Assembly (NCBI GenBank): GCA_026989505.1
Contig: JALSJF010000128.1
Location: 2,437-66,436 of the forward strand
Origin: Cyclobacteriaceae bacterium
Lineage (GTDB): Bacteria > Bacteroidota > Bacteroidia > Cytophagales > Cyclobacteriaceae
Direction of reading: 5' to 3'
DNA length: 64,000 bases
Made by a program: the position numbers and the translations under genes. Within the stretch, counting starts at the first letter, position 1. Each line of letters begins with the position of its first letter. The notes beneath the pieces are model-generated. The model was not told the DNA's origin. It was given only the letters and a program-made list of their open reading frames with translations, and ran no database searches. Of this stretch, positions 63,198-64,000 are shown piece after piece.

Positions 63198-64000
63198 TTA
63201 GTTTTTTCTGCCGGACCTGCCGGATGACCTGCCGCTACTGCGGGAAGGACTGGTAGCAGCGCGTGACGGACGGTACGACCTTGACGGGTTGGCAGCGCGT
63301 GATGGCTGGTAGCTTGACCGTGACGGTGAGCTCGATGGCCTGCGATAGGAGTTGCTGCTGCGCGCAGGACTGTAGGTTGACCTGGAACCGCTACGGTTAT
63401 ACGTGGCAGGCGAATTGCTCCGTTTTTGCGCGGGCGTGTTACTGCCAAAAGTACGGTGATAAGTAGTCGTGTTGCTGCGTTTACGGTTGTTGGCCGGACG
63501 TGTGCCGTAATCGCGGTGCCGGTTGGTGTTTTGGCCTACCCTGTACTTATTTTTTTGTATAGTGGAGGAAGAAGGGGTTTCGGGTTTGTCCACCGGGGGC
63601 CTTCTCCTGCGGTTAATATTATCGGCTGTATTGATTGGGTTGCCGGGCCGCTCGGGTGTATCGGCTACCTTTCTGCGGTAACGGCTGCTTTTGCCATCTA
63701 CCAGGATGCGGCCACCACTTTCGGTATTATTGGCAACATCATTTCGTCTCCTGTAACGTACCGTTGAAGGATTTGCCCCATGATTATTTTGGCTTACCGA
63801 CCGTGATGTCCTCGGCCGGTTTACCCTGCCGTTGCTAGCCGGATCAGCATAATTGCTGCCGTAATACGGGTTGCGCCCGTAAAAATTACTGTTGCAGGCC
63901 AGGCCGGATAGGGAGCCGTAGTTATAAAAATAGGGGTCGTATAGCCCGGAATACCACCAGGCGTTAGGATAGAAGCTGCCATAACCGCCATAAGGGAGAT
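63198..64000 (-). CDS. R/S/Y/N/P-rich low-complexity protein, C-terminal part (5' end beyond the window)
   Basis: I translated the minus-strand frame by hand, and it is open from 63198 to the window edge at 64000. The ORF track shows only the part after an internal GTG at 63593. The sequence runs ...YGGYGSFYPNAWWYSGLYDPYFYNYGS...RRRNDVANNTESGGRILVDGKSSRYRRK...SYRRPSSSPSRSSYQPSRAANPSRSYRPSRAATSPSRSSGRSSGRSGRKN. It ends 12 nt upstream of the OMP gene. Confidence 0.6.
   Translation of the reverse strand, partial: LPYGGYGSFYPNAWWYSGLYDPYFYNYGSLSGLACNSNFYGRNPYYGSNYADPASNGRVNRPRTSRSVSQNNHGANPSTVRYRRRNDVANNTESGGRILVDGKSSRYRRKVADTPERPGNPINTADNINRRRRPPVDKPETPSSSTIQKNKYRVGQNTNRHRDYGTRPANNRKRSNTTTYHRTFGSNTPAQKRSNSPATYNRSGSRSTYSPARSSNSYRRPSSSPSRSSYQPSRAANPSRSYRPSRAATSPSRSSGRSSGRSGRKN

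Noticed and set aside
1-64000. A scan of the whole window for rRNA, tRNA, CRISPR arrays, transposases, integrases, toxin-antitoxin pairs or known defence genes
   Set aside because: None were recognised by eye in any intergenic region or ORF translation. The absence of small ncRNAs cannot be proven without covariance-model searches.

Overview
This 64-kb window looks like a chromosomal segment from a Bacteroidota genome, possibly Chitinophagaceae or Sphingobacteriia-like. That placement is inferred from gene content (gldH, GWxTD, DUF5686/CarboxypepD_reg, BT_3928-family, Na+-NQR, LemA/TPM), from the absence of Shine-Dalgarno sites, and from TAnnTTTG-type -7 boxes. I call about 62 protein-coding genes. 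Nearly all are core housekeeping genes: purD, recQ, rlmB, gmk, nadD, frr, pyrH, fbp, lysC, cdaA, folP, nqrA-E, mnmA, guaA, hutI and aroK. Many are packed with ATGA or GTGA start/stop overlaps. I found no rRNA, tRNA, CRISPR array, transposase, integrase or recognisable defence genes. The points most worth a second look are listed here.

1. At 37765-39497, a divergent transaldolase/FSA-type TIM barrel is fused to a KdsD-type CBS pair and followed by a KdsC-like phosphatase. It looks like a KdsD in which the SIS isomerase domain has been replaced by an aldolase. It is a candidate non-canonical arabinose-5-phosphate/Kdo module.
2. A family of short elements bounded by terminal inverted repeats (TIR, GTGYTAACCCGGATTATTC) resembles miniature inverted-repeat transposable elements (MITEs). 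Four copies of two subfamilies sit in three intergenic regions (28.8, 32.3 and 48.2-48.5 kb).
3. An NfnA/SudB-like flavoprotein carries an N-terminal HEAT-like extension of about 270 aa.
4. A standalone protein made of three helicase-associated (HA) repeats lies next to an AT-rich spacer.
5. The nqr operon terminates after nqrE. Where nqrF would be expected there is a small, very basic protein with an AT-hook-like N-terminus.
6. An R/S/Y/N-rich low-complexity protein sits directly upstream of a beta-barrel outer-membrane protein.

All functional calls rest on motif recognition by eye. No database searches were run.
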